Shown here: positions 26,648 through 39,340 of the stretch, in pieces
How positions within the stretch are numbered: position 1 is the stretch's first letter
Layout of the letters: each line of letters opens with the position of its first letter
NCBI GenBank assembly: GCA_028023455.1
Contig: JAQFVV010000003.1
Span: 13,144,001-13,208,000, forward strand
Direction: 5' to 3'
DNA length: 64,000 bases
Origin: Epiperipatus broadwayi
Lineage: Eukaryota; Animalia; Onychophora
The notes under the pieces: model-generated
Databases searched by the model: none
What the model saw: only the letters and a program-made list of their open reading frames with translations
Told to the model about the DNA's origin: nothing
Program-made: the position numbers and the translations under genes

Positions 26648-27104
26648 TATAGGGTATTTTGAGCTCAGACTTTCACAGGACCCTCAACTCTCCACACTAT
26701 CTCATACCTCTGATCCACTTGACTACATGTATTTCTAAAAGATAAATAATCACCAATATAAGTATTTCGTGCTAAGCCAGCACTCGTCAGTTGGTCCAGA
26801 TTATCATCTCTACACATATATACAATAAGTGCTCAGATTTATATTAAGCTAGCCAATATTCGTACTTTAACGAACAGGCTTCAATCCACTCCACCATCCC
26901 CCCCCCCCAACTCTTCAGTCATCAATTCCATTGAAAATCGGATGATGGAAATGCTCAAAGTCCACACTTATGCTGACATTCTCATCACACCCAGGTTGAC
27001 CATAAGTCACTCTGACCCCTCATGTACAGGACATATGCATCAGTGGTATGAGATAGTGTGGAGAGTTGAGGGTTGTGTGAAAGTCTGAGCTCAAAATACC
27101 TTAT
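26648..27104 (-). mobile_element. PLE-derived fold-back element: GIY-YIG tail remnant, hammerhead and 3' tail, with an inverted copy of the tail at the other end
   Basis: ~60 bp inverted arms (ggtattttgagctcagactttcaca...). Minus-strand DGGVD*SLF resembles PLE ORF ends. Internal hammerhead of family C. Confidence 0.65.
26753..26794 (-). ncRNA. Minimal type I hammerhead ribozyme with intact catalytic core (family C)
   Basis: Minus strand: (a)CCAA-CTGACGA-GTGCTG gct TAGCAC-GAAA-tacttaTA-TTGG(t). Stem I 5 bp, stem II 5-6 bp, AUA cleavage triplet. Confidence 0.85.
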
Positions 27105-27499
27105 AAACTTGTTTATGAAAACTAGTAGTAACAAGTTTTAGATTACACACTGAATTTATAAATTAAATCATAGGTATTATTATTATGATAAATTGTTATT
27201 AGTCATTCCAGTATTCTTTTATGATGTTAAAGTGGTGTTTAAAGAGATAATTAATAAAAGATAAAAAATGAAAATGCAGATAGCCAATTAACTGGTACCA
27301 AAACATCTTGATCAATTCCTTGCTGAGTAAGATAAAAAAAATTTAATTCTGTCAACTGAATTGAATTATTATGTTCAATCTACTCTTAGTAGTTTTTTAA
27401 CATTACACATTCTTTTGAGCAACTAAATCACTCATTTGTTCTATTAATTAATTACTAAAAATTGATAAAGTGTTCAAAAAGAATTTATTTACTGTACTT

Positions 27500-29700
27500 T
27501 GGAATCCTTATTGTTTCATTAGTAATATGGATATCTCATTCCTCAATCTATTTATAAAAAAAGTCAATTCAACTATTTAAGTTAAGGATTGACAATTTTA
27601 TCTTTGCAATTATTCCAAATCAACTATGCCTCTGTTAGTTCATAAATTTTTCTGTAAATTGTTCTATCTAATTTTTCTGTCTATTCTTTCCCACTTCTTT
27701 TGGATATCTTCTTTTTTTTCTTTCCCAGTGGTGTTCAGTTTAATATCTGCTTTGGTAATCTATTCTAAGACATTTTCTGTATATGTTTACACGATTCCAA
27801 TTATCTTACTCTAATTTCATTAACTAAAGTGAGTTCAGTATTAATTATTTCTTAAATTATTTTATTGCTTATCCATTCTTTCTTTGACTATCCTTCCAAT
27901 CTTCACTAGTAATCCATTCTATAAAAATCAATTTTTTTTTTATTCTTTTCTTCAACAGCCAAATTTTCATTTTTTTGTGTAATGAGACTTTATATTATTG
28001 AGTCACATATTCATTGTTTATTGATTTTTGATATATTATGATTCTATAATATCTCATTTATTATTGCTATAGATGTTTTACTTAGTACATTTCTTTCTTC
28101 TATTGTTCCCCTTTTAGAAATATTTATATCTATTTACTTATATTCCTCACATTTTTTCCCTATCTTCCAATGTTATATTTTATTGTATTTTCCCAAACAC
28201 ATAATCGTTGAATAGTTACTTTACGGCTCTTTCTCTTATATTCTCAGGTTTTTAATTTTTATACCATATAACTCAAATTATTATGATTCTAAGTCAAAAA
28301 GTTATTTGATCATTAGTGTAGCACTAGGTATAAAGGATCTTATTATTATGTAGAGAAATTATCATTTTCTTGAATTTCCTTTTCTATATTTTAAAAACTT
28401 GTTCAAGATATTTCAAATAAATAAATTCCATGTTTATACTTTCTGTTTTTTATTTTGCCTATACACCTGAGTCTCGTTTTATGCGATAGATAGGTTCCTC
28501 AGAAAACACGCGCAAACGAAATCGTGCAAAAATAGACGTAACGTACATTGAAAAAGGGGGGATGCGGTCTGTGATTTTTCAAAATTCGCATAAAAGCAAA
28601 GCACCAATGTAAAATTACTTTAAAATTCACGCAAAAAAAAATAAGGAAATAAAATATGACTAATAAAAAATTTCAAATTTGAAAAAAATTGATAAAAGAC
28701 AAACTTTTTTTAACTATAATATTTAATTTTATTCAAAATAATATATTTTTATTCATAATTTACAGTACAGTAATTTACATTTTTTATACATGTTTTAATT
28801 ATTATGATTTTCTGGTGACAACGTAATTAGTAATTAATCTTTGAGACGATGATTTTATTGTTTACGAAGCTTGCGATATCCAGACATACAACCATTTAGC
28901 TCTCGTTGGAATTTAAGAGCATGTTAATGATTACTGTCATTAATAAGAAAATAATAATTGATTACGTTCTTTTTTAAAAAGCAAAAACAAAATTTGATTT
29001 AAAATGCAAAATTAACATGCACAATGTTTGAACAAATTTACATTATAATCTTGTAAAATTTAATATGCGTATACATAAAATGTGGAAATCATGATTTTAA
29101 TTTCATTATTGCATAAAATCTTACTATTATAAAGCACTGAAAATATTGAAATTACTAAGATGAAAGTCGAATTCCAATAATGTGCTATTACTTTCAATAT
29201 AACGTAAGTGCGTGAAATTTATTATTTAAAGTATAGCGCATTATCGGAAATCGACTTCCGGTGAAATACAAATCGCGTAACTTCAAAATCGTCTTAAATA
29301 AGTCCGCATAAAAAGAGACCCAGGTGTATATTGTTATATAATTTCTTTACAGCCTCAATAGAGCACTTATATTGATTAATTTCAATGTTTTTCACAATCT
29401 TTTGAGAGTGATATAGTCATATGTCTTTTTAATGTCTAAATACAAAAAAATTATCTCTTGATTTCTTGCTATCTTCTTTTCTGTTATTCACCTCACATAA
29501 AACAGGTAATTTATTGTGGATCTTTCTTCTCTGAAACTTGTCTAATTCTCATCTTCCAAATTCCTATATTTAAATTCAAGTCTATTTTTCAAAAACTTTC
29601 CATATATTATCCAGTTACTATTCCTTTATTATTATACCATACATTTAACCCTTGGTCAAATGTCTCAACAATAAGCTATCTAAAGACTTCATCATCATAT
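27500..29700 (-). mobile_element. Decayed RTE-like LINE remnant, split by the Tigger insertion
   Basis: Minus strand NTTGKEKKEDIQKKW resembles the RTE C-terminal GKRGRGRP..W motif. Similar decayed sequence on both sides of 28464-29327. Confidence 0.45.
28464..29327 (-). mobile_element. Young non-autonomous Tigger/pogo (Tc1/mariner superfamily) element
   Basis: TA|CACCTGAGTCTCGTTTTATGCG ... CGCATAAAAAAGAGACCCAGGTG|TA terminal inverted repeats with TA TSD. Internal minus-strand LKFQRELNGCMSGYRKL resembles the Tigger transposase C-terminus. CpG-rich. Confidence 0.9.
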
Positions 29701-29714
29701 ATCGTTCACCTCTG

Positions 29715-30090
29715 AATACAAACAGACATCAATAATCCCAATGATATAATCACACCTGAACTTACTTCTCAGGTTATGTACAAAATGGTCTGCCCACAAG
29801 CCAACTTCCAGGCTGCATATTATGGTGAGACTAGGGCCAACATTGCCAACAGAGGGGCTCAGCACAAATACCTGTACAATGAAACCAAACAAACAGGCAA
29901 TTTCACCTTTTTTTTAGCATGAAAGAATAACAGGCCACAAATTCGAACCCATATCCACCAACATTGTTTGCTCAGAAAGACACAATGCTAAAGACAAGAT
30001 TAGAGAAGCATTTCATATAGCAAGCAATCCTACGTCTATTAATAAAAGAGAAGCCTGCTTTGCCCTGTCCCGAAAATGGCAGTTATAAAT
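29715..30090 (+). mobile_element. Penelope-like GIY-YIG endonuclease remnant
   Basis: SQVMYKMVCPQANFQAAYYGETRANIANRGAQHK...HERITGHKFEP...ERHNAKDKIREAFHIASNPTSINKRE. Confidence 0.85.
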
Positions 30091-30802
30091 TATTTGCATC
30101 ACTTTGAATAAATTTTCTTTTCTAAAATGCAATTTTAACAACAGCTGCTATAAATATGAGAGCAAAAAATCTCTTGAAAGTGCTTAGCTAAAATCAATAT
30201 TCTTATATTTAAAGTAAATTAATATCTTGCATCTAATTATATATATTTACTAGCTTCATTATCTGTGCATACAGCACATATATATATATAATAGTTTATT
30301 ATTTAAATTACTATTATTAAACATAATAAGTAATTATCATGTAAGAATTCCAATTGCTGTAGAAGCATTTGTTCTAGAGCTATCTATTGTAAGCTTTAAT
30401 AATCAATAGACACTAGATAGTAATGCTACATACAAATCATTACAGATGTGTAACTGTGAATGATGGGAAATAAGTGCAGGTAAGTTAGTTTAAAAAATAG
30501 GGTTATGAATATACAAAAAAAAATAGTTTGGAGTTATATAAAAATGATATATATATATATAATAAAAGGATACATAATAACAATAAATTTATTGTTACTT
30601 TGTACAAGGACAGGAGCATTAGATAAGTTATATACAAGCATAAGAGGAGGTGGTCATGTGATGTTTAATGGCTTAAAACTAAGAAATAGATCAGTTTATT
30701 GTGGTATATAACAGTTTCAGAGGAACAAAATGTTTAGCTCACAGAGGCCTATGCACAAAAACTTCTGATTTCATCTAAGAAGAAGGCAATGCACATTATA
30801 TC

Positions 30803-30839
30803 GTAGACCAATTTTTGAGTATTGGCTTTCTTCAGTGAG
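30803..30839 (-). ncRNA. Possible decayed hammerhead core (family D-like)
   Basis: Minus strand ctca-CTGAAGA-aagccaatactc-aAAA-attggtc, compared with family D ctca-CTGATGA-aagccagagcta-GAAA-ccagtc. Stem II poorly paired. Confidence 0.35.
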
Positions 30840-31579
30840 AAGCATTTTGCACCCTTACATTTAGCAGTCATCTTTACTTTTTTATATTACAGGAAACTAA
30901 TAACCTAAGATTTAAATATCATAAGGTTTGAACCCAGGTCAAATTTGCCTATATATGTCAGATTCTAGACAAGCAACTATAAATTTTAATGACCTCAGAT
31001 AACAAAGCACCATATAAATCTACCAGCTTACTTTCAATAGTTATTGTACGCCTATATTATCAATGAAAATTAGATTTATGAATGCTCTTTGTAGATAATA
31101 TCAATAATCATAAATGGAATACAGATGTATCAATATCATCTAATGTTCATTAAATATTTGAATTTACTTCAATGTTTCTGGAGTAGAATAGGTTACATTA
31201 CTGCTGTTAGTGCAAATGTTGATAGAAAGTTGAGAAAGAATTTTAAATCTGGATGTCACTTTTTAAGTTGAAGTTAATAATTGTGTGTGGGGGAATTGAT
31301 AGATTTTTATAATATAATGTGTTAGTATATTTGTCTGTTATGCCTAGGATCTGGGGCTGGTTAGACTATGAAATTTTTTTCAGATTACATGTAAACCTAG
31401 AATTTCAGGCAGCTGGCCTATAGCAAAGTAGTTAGTTATCCAATGTTTGTCGGTAATGGCTATTTAGTTATCATTATGTTTTATGATAAAGATCCCAGAT
31501 TGATTTGAATTGTTCAGAAGCACTGACTGCAAAAGCAGAAATGTGATTACAATCTGATGTGGCATTTAGCATTGGTGGA

Positions 31580-32200
31580 TAGTGCGTCTTACCCCTATAA
31601 ATTCTAATTCCATAGATTACTTTTACTTTATATATATACGGGACAAAATAAAATGTGTGTACGATTAGCAACGTTTCCTTATTTTATCGATTATATAATA
31701 TACATAAATATATAAGCACACACATGTATGAGAAAACAAGTCTATTGCAATTGATTTATTAACCGACTTGCTTTTTTCTCTTCTCGTAATTTTGTATGTG
31801 TAACATTTTGCAATTATTTAATGTCATTAATGAAATATTAAAATTAACTGCTTCATACACGTATTTATAATTTCTGTAATTAGAAGAGAGAAAAAAAAAG
31901 CTGCACGTATTAATTATTTTCTATTGAAGCATTAAGAAGTTTTTGCCTTAAGATATAAAGTAGGTGGATTGATTTGTTTTTATAAATTAGTTCGTGATTT
32001 AAACAGCCGCCCCCAACTTCAAAACGAAATATTACCTACGATATTATAAATAAATAATGATAACTGTTTACATAACAAATCTTTCGATTTTTATATAAAT
32101 ACAGTATATTGTTTACTTATATATATATATACTGTACTTATGTTTATATTTTCTGCGAAAATATATACACTCACGTACTCACACACACATAAAGAGATTG
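31580..32200. promoter_or_regulatory. CpG-retaining island (candidate promoter or enhancer)
   Basis: Local cluster of CpGs without TE hallmarks. GC-box-like gccgccccc at ~32006. Minus-strand donor-like g|gtaaga at ~31590. Confidence 0.3.
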
Positions 32201-32729
32201 TAATAACCACTGCCATGTTATATCTGCCATAAAGCAACTACCATAGATTCCTTATAATAAAAGTAAAGAAAACAATTATGATCCAATGTCTGTAGTTGAA
32301 TAACATATTACCAGAAGTTGTATCATATTAAAATCTTGTTTTCCATTACAGTTAGTTCATGATGACTTCAAGCATCAAAAGTTACAGTTTAAGCTTTGAT
32401 CTAGGAATTGATAGCTCTCAATCCCTTCATTGTATAATTATGCAAGATATCTGATTTACTGATAATTGTTTATTGACCAATATTAGTTGGCTGAATGTTG
32501 TCAAATTCTTGCTTTTATCACGCCTTTGTTATAAAATCCTCAACTAACTGAAAATAATCAAACTCTATTCAAAGTTGAATTCCATGCCATGGTCATAGCA
32601 GCCAAATAAATATACTAATGGTAGACTATATTTTCATATTTCTAGCTTTCTACTTTTTAAAAAATGCCAAAATGTAATAAATTGTATTAAGAAAGTGTTA
32701 AACAATGATAAACAACCACTAACAATGAA

Positions 32730-33400
32730 AAAATGCTATTACTTGTATTTTTCTATTGAATTTTTTTCATCATCTAATATGAGTATTGAATATCTTTAGA
32801 AAATTTTTACTGTATTTAAATATTCCAAATACATTCAACTGTTAGTAATAGCACATCAAACAGGTAATAGCACAATATTTCAAGAGGTATTACTCTCTCT
32901 TCTTCTTTAGGTGTTACTGGTCTGACCAGTGACAGTACTAGCGTGGGATTTGAACCTGGGCCCTTAGATTCTTGATTATTGAATTTTAAGATAACCCTCT
33001 AACCAACTGCTCTTAGAAAAAAGTGGAGAAATCAGGAGGAACTTTAAAGATAAGTATATGAGATTTCTACTAACTGTTGCCTTTGGCAGGATGGCTCAGT
33101 TAGTTAGAACATTACCTTAAAATTCAATAATCAAGAATCTAAGCATCCAGATTCAAAGCTCATGATAGTACTGTCACTAGTCAGGCCAGCAACACCTGGA
33201 GAAGAGAGGAGAATAATACCTCTCAAAACATTGTGCATTTACTAACCTGTTTCGTTTGCTATTACTAACAGTTGAATGTATATGGAATAAAGGTACATTT
33301 TTCTAAAGACATTCAATACCCATATTAGATGATGGAAATAGTCCAATATAAAAATACACGTAAAACACCATCATTACAAACCTATGGGAAAACACAATGT
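32730..33400. repeat. Head-to-head inverted pair of family B repeats (tRNA-like cassette + hammerhead)
   Basis: 32730-33012 is the reverse complement of ~33092-33370. Both match 2140-2470. Hammerhead cores at 32871-32913 (-) and 33193-33235 (+). Confidence 0.85.
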
Positions 33401-34214
33401 TATTACTTGATTTAGTATTCTTTGTTCTTGGTACTTAAACTTGCTCTAAAATAGCTCACATAATATCATCTTTTTTACCTTTCTTTTTTCTATTTGTATT
33501 TGCTTTTTAAAACATTGCTGATTCAACTATTTTTTTTAATTTCTTTAAAAAATGGCCTGTTTTTTTCCTTATTGATTTTAGGTAGGTTTTACATGGACCA
33601 AAGAAAACTTGAATATTGTTCTTTGTTTATCAGTACTCTCATCATTGTCATTCCACTAATCAAAAATTTAAGTGTTCCAGTTAATTGTGATTTGTTATGC
33701 AGTAGACAATTGTTTATGAATTAATTGAAATTTAATATAAATTGGAATTTATAATTAAATTGTTATATTTTCTTGTGCTAATATAAATGCTTCTTGTACA
33801 AAGTAACAATAATCTTTATTATTTAAAACCTTAAGATTTTAAATAAACATGATTAAATGTAGAAATATGATATAAAAGATGAAAACATTCAATTATTTAT
33901 TATCTTTTAATTTAAAAAAGGAAATAATTTGTAGAGACAGCATTTAAAAGAAATGGAAATTAAAACCAGTAATTCAATGATTTGTATATTAATATTCTGG
34001 ATTACTGTTTTTTGTTTTCATAGATTGTATGCATAGACTGTCTGCACAATCAGTTATTTGCATAGACACCGGAAAATCTTTCTAATGTTTATCAATATAT
34101 AACTATCCAACCGGAAACATTCCTAGACTAAACAAATAAATAAATAATCCAAAAAATTCTAATGCTTATTTCAATATCATCAAACAAATGTGGAAGGAAT
34201 TTTAGTCCACTAAA

Positions 34215-37200
34215 TGAAATAATAATAATAATAAGATGATGATGATGATGTTTCAACAATATACTTTATTGATCAAAAGATATGTTACATAGATTTTACA
34301 AATGTTTTACAAAGTTTTCCCAGGGTTACAAAGACATTTCAAGTATGATGATTGTTTATTATTATATAAATTTGATTAACATTGCTGATTACAGTACAAT
34401 TATGTGAACATTAGTAATTATAAATGATTGTTGTTAATGATACTTTTTTTATATGCAACATAGTATTAAATATATAAAAAAGAAATGTTCTTAACTTTTG
34501 AATTAAAATTCATTCGGATTGAGCTTGGCTGGTCCAGTTATATAGCCTTCTGTGGTATTGAACTATTGTAAGGAAGGTGTTTAGAATATAGTTTTTCATG
34601 TAGCTAATTGTTTTATGAAGTAGATGAAATATCTAAGAAAGTTGTTAGTATTGCCTACTAGGGTTATGACAACTTATAAGTAGGACTACAATGAGTGACC
34701 AGGTAGATGCAAAAATGTCTGGGGGGGGGGTATATTGTTATCCTATGCTTTTCAACTGGTGTAATTTATTGATATATGTGGATAAATGCCTCCTGGTGTT
34801 ATTGCCTAACAAAAAGGTGCAATGGATGCACCAGAAGGCAAACAGGATAAATATGGCTGCATGCACTCCAGGAATGTATAATCTTTGGTATATGGCAGAT
34901 GGAAGCATTGGGTCACCTGTATCCATTTAACATAATTTGCTGTGTGGAGTTTAGTGCATAACAGTCATCAAAAAGGTGTTGAGGTTCCTCAGCTTCATGG
35001 CATAGCCCACAGAATGGGTCAGTATTTTTATACAGACATTGATACCACAGGAAAAAAGATATTGGAAGCACATGCAGGTTGAGTCTAAGTAAGAAATCAA
35101 AAAACTTCAGTTCTAGTATCTATTTTTTAAATTGGCAGAGAAGGGAACAGCTAAGCAAGGGAAGAGGGTAATCATTGCCAGAGTCTGGATAAAGGAAGTT
35201 ATACATTTGTCAGTCAGTGTACTTGGAATTGTGTGAGAAGCTGATTTGGTTGGTGATTTATTTGTAGGGGTTATTTTCAGCAGGCACTGGTAGTTTTGGA
35301 AATAGTTGATAATAACTGTTATTAAGTTAATGGTTTGTGTGTATAGAATAAGCCTAGATCATTGTACAAGGTCTGGCAATTGAGCTGTTTTATGGAGATT
35401 GATATAGTAGACCCCAGAGCAATTTATTTGCAAATGGAGTTGATAGCAGAAATAAACATCTTTAAAAATTTGATAATAGATACATAGTGAGTAGGTATAT
35501 TTTGATCAAGCACAGGTCTATGTAGGTAATCAGTGGAGTCAATTCAAGATCCTCATTTTGGTTTTCAGTAATCTGAGAATATGTGGTTGAATTATAGTAA
35601 TCCACTTCTGTAATTGGTATAGATTTGATGAAAAATTGAGGCCTTTCATGGAGTATAAAGAGGGTTAATGATGCAGGATTTTTTTTAATAAGACATGGTG
35701 AAATGGCATTTGAGGCTGCTAATGTGGAGTATCAGTGGATGCAATTGTTTGTAAATCAATTATTATGAGTTAATTGATTAATTTTTTGGAGGGTAGATGA
35801 TGTTGGTTCTGGTTTGGAGGATGAGCAAGGTGAGTGATAAGGGTGGTACAATGAGGTGGTAGTTAGCATGGTCTTGTAAGGGTTGTCAACAATCTCAGGG
35901 ATGAGTAATATATGGTCTGTATCATTAGTTTTTGATGTTTTTGTTGGTGATTTTTTCTTAAGCTATCCAGGTTTTCTCTTGATTTTATTAGGAGTTGGGA
36001 GTGGAAGGTGAAGTGGTATGGACGATAGGCATGGTGCAATTGTTTCCATGATATTTATTGAAGTTTTATTTTTTATGATGTGGTGATTCTGTGCTGTGTT
36101 TTGATGTAGATCCATCTATGAGGAGACTGGGCATTCATGCTATGCCTGATATTCTTGTTGTATAAGGAAGGGAGATAGCAAGTTGACTAGATTCTGAATA
36201 CAAAGTTGATTGTTCGTACACAATTGGATAGAAAGATATTTGTTCTGGTACAAGACTGGGATACATTAACAACTGGTGTGGGAAGGGGGCTATCAGGGAA
36301 GTTGTTAAACCATCATGCTGGCTGTTAATGCAGGCCCCAGCTGAGAAGTGGATAGATTCTAATTTGATAGCTGTTTGTTTGCAAATTTGTTTTAGGGATA
36401 GTTGTTAATGAAGATGAGACTGGTAGGTTGAAACACTGAGTTGCAAAATAACCCCACTGTCCACAGGCTTAGCATTGAGGTTTTAGACTATGAATGTATA
36501 AACATAACATCTCTCAGTCAAGAATTTGGGTAGGAACCATATTCAAGTCAATCTCTGGGTGCAGTTGAGTTTTCATGTCTATTGTCTGGAATGTGTAGGG
36601 ATATTATTGAGAAGAATTGATTGAAAAAAGGTGATTTTGTCAAAGGGCTGCATCATCCATTGAAAATCTTGTGGAATGTATATGAAGTAGGTATTCTTCT
36701 GCACCCCAGTGATTCAGTTGTTCGAGTTTAGATCAATTGTTATCAGTGCATAGTTTCCAAGTGTTCTGATTTGATTTTGGAAGTATTCCCTTTGGGTAAT
36801 CTGAAAAAATTCAATTGTACCTAGGATTTGCATGATCATCTATCTGACATTGGATTCCACATTCCATGCACTGTGATGACATCATAGAGAAATTGCCAAG
36901 GGAACTTGTAGAGAAATTCATTCATATCAGTGACTGATAGCACCAGAGACAGGGTAAAAAAATTGTTTTAATGTTGTATAAAGTCTCCAGGAGGTAGTGC
37001 TGACAAATCTGTCACCAATATTTTCTAGTGTTTCTGATGTCTTGTCAGTGGTGGAGGAGGGTTGGAGTTGTTGTATATTTAAATCCAAACATGCGGGATT
37101 GTCATTGAGAGTAGTTTTGCGAAAATATGGAATTGACCTTGGAATGTTTGGGATTACTGTATTATGTTTGTACATTGTTGCTGATGACATATATGAAGCA

Positions 37201-37550
37201 AGTAATACCACTTGAACCTATATCCTGGTTAGCCTGGAAAATTTGTGCATCACTGATGACCATTTCAATATGTTTGTTAGGATTTTGACTTTGGTTTCTT
37301 AAGCTGTTGATATTATTTAAGCTTATATCCTTGTTGCTATAGCAATTTTTAAAATTTGTAGTGTGACTTTTGAAGCAAGTAATATTATCTGAATGTATAC
37401 TATGGTTAGCATGGAGAATTTGTGCATTATTGCTGATGACATTTCTGTATGTTTCCTTAGGATTTGGATTTTTTTCTCTGAAGTTGTTGATATTATTAGA
37501 AATTATATCCTTGTTGCCATGGAGAATTTCCACATTGTTGCTATAAAGTT
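34215..37550 (-). mobile_element. Internally deleted L1/Tx1-like LINE (ORF1 with zinc knuckle, partial ORF2, 3' tail)
   Basis: ORF1 knuckle QC*ACGQWGYFATQC (36433-36477). C-terminal FCGLCHEAEEPQHLFDDC (34961-35014). AATAAA then (CAT)n(TAT)n tail near 34215-34272. No RT core found. Confidence 0.7.
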
Positions 37551-37881
37551 CTTATATGTTTGATTAAAATTTGAACTTTGATCTCAGGAGTTCATAATAT
37601 TGGTGGGAAAATATCTGGTCATGTGATAGCTCAATTGCTATATTTGAACCTTGATTAAATGATTAAATGCAATAATTTTTATCAAATTTATAGTTAAAAA
37701 ATCAGCAGAAATCCCCCCAAAAAAGTAATTGGGTGACTGTAAGTTACAAGAACTGTATATAGGTAAGAAATCTATCTTGTCAACTTGATATTTAAAGTAC
37801 TTTGAGACTATACATAATAGAGCTAGGAAACTTCATTCTATGCAGGTGAATTGTTTACTGCTGAACTTCTCATTCTCTTCC

Positions 37882-38128
<247 letters not shown>

Positions 38129-38129
<1 letters not shown>

Positions 38130-38571
38130 GTAACAGTCAGATTTGTACACTCATGCAACAAAATTCAGAGCTCGAGCAAAATATACCAAAGCTGACCGTA
38201 GTGAGGTGGTTGAGACCTCTAATCCGACCAAACTCCAACTCATCTGCCAGTACTCCAAATTTAACACCTTATGAGTGACATTCCTGGGGCTACACTCAGT
38301 TCTCATTTAACCGCGAGCCGACATAGAACAGGGAGAAACACGAGACTTAAGGTCATTACTAACCTAACTAAATAAGTGATATATATAACACTTGACACTC
38401 TATTAATCTTAAATACTAGACATACACGTATAGCATATAAACTCATTAAGAAATTGGAGTAATGAACTGTGACATTTAATAATATACTGTGGATGGGATA
38501 AAATACTATGGATTGGATAAGATACTGTGGTTTGGTTTGATCTAGAGTCTGAGCAAGAAAGATATACAACA
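38129..38571. mobile_element. Candidate solo LTR (~440 bp)
   Basis: Begins TGTAACA and ends TACAACA, more GC- and CpG-rich than its flanks. No TSD visible. Confidence 0.35.
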
Positions 38572-38989
38572 GTTTATATTTAAAAAAGATTTATTAAAAC
38601 AATAACAAATGATCTAACATAAAATATCATAATGGCAGGGATTGTATAATCTTCACAAGGTATTCAATACAGGCAAGCATGTTACAATAGTTGGGATTGT
38701 TATCAAGTACATCTGTTCCCTTTTAAACATATTACAATACATGTGTGTGTGAGTTATAGAGGTCATGCCTAATTCTTTAATATGCTCATTTTATGAACTG
38801 GACTTGCTTAAGTTAGAAGTTGATACTTTAGAAGAGATGATGATGAGTACAGCCAGTTTTAAAGACTGTTATATATACTAATTAACTGAGCAACTAAATA
38901 AACTCAGAATCATGCAGATTCAAACTCCAGTCTAAAGCTAAATGATTAATTACTATGGGAAAAAGAACTGGTTACCATTAGGTCCACAT

Positions 38990-39340
38990 ATATGCGATAT
39001 GGCGCTATACAAAATATTAAAGAAATAAACTTGCAGTGCGAGTGTGTGATTCTTCAAGAGTTTCAGCATCAAATGCTCGGTTTGCTCTGAGACCGACGGT
39101 TTGCTGCTATTGATATATGAACATAAAGTTCAGGAAGTCGGATTGGCTTTATGGAAAAATCTGGGTCCTCACGCCCCCAGTTCTAATGAAGATAGCCATA
39201 ACCCGAACTAAATAAAGGGGCGGTTTGTTACCGTGAACCCTTGTCAGAGGCAGCAAAACGTAACACATATAAGTGTACTATATAAAAAACACACCCGCAA
39301 TGCACGCAATATATATATAAAAAGCAATAAGTATGCATAT
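38990..39340. promoter_or_regulatory. CpG island-like segment with ETS (caggaagt), CCAAT (attgg), two GC boxes and TATA-like motifs; possibly a structured ncRNA
   Basis: Motifs read directly at 39131-39225. Dense CpGs. Nested complementary segments. Confidence 0.5.

Noticed and set aside
30140-30190. Hammerhead after the 29.7-30.1 kb GIY-YIG remnant
   Set aside because: gaga..tctc-ttGAAA is suggestive, but the CTGAnGA half is missing.
30447-30486. Exon-like cag|...cag|gtaagt
   Set aside because: Stops in all three frames. At best a non-coding exon, which is unsupported.
39195-39212. Telomerase RNA template (ataacccgaac)
   Set aside because: Mismatch to CTAACCCTAAC, no TTAGG-type template, and no other diagnostic element.
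39230-39305. U6atac- or U4atac-like words (ctgacaagg; aacacacccgca)
   Set aside because: Short isolated matches on opposite strands, and the conserved catalytic and Sm motifs are absent.
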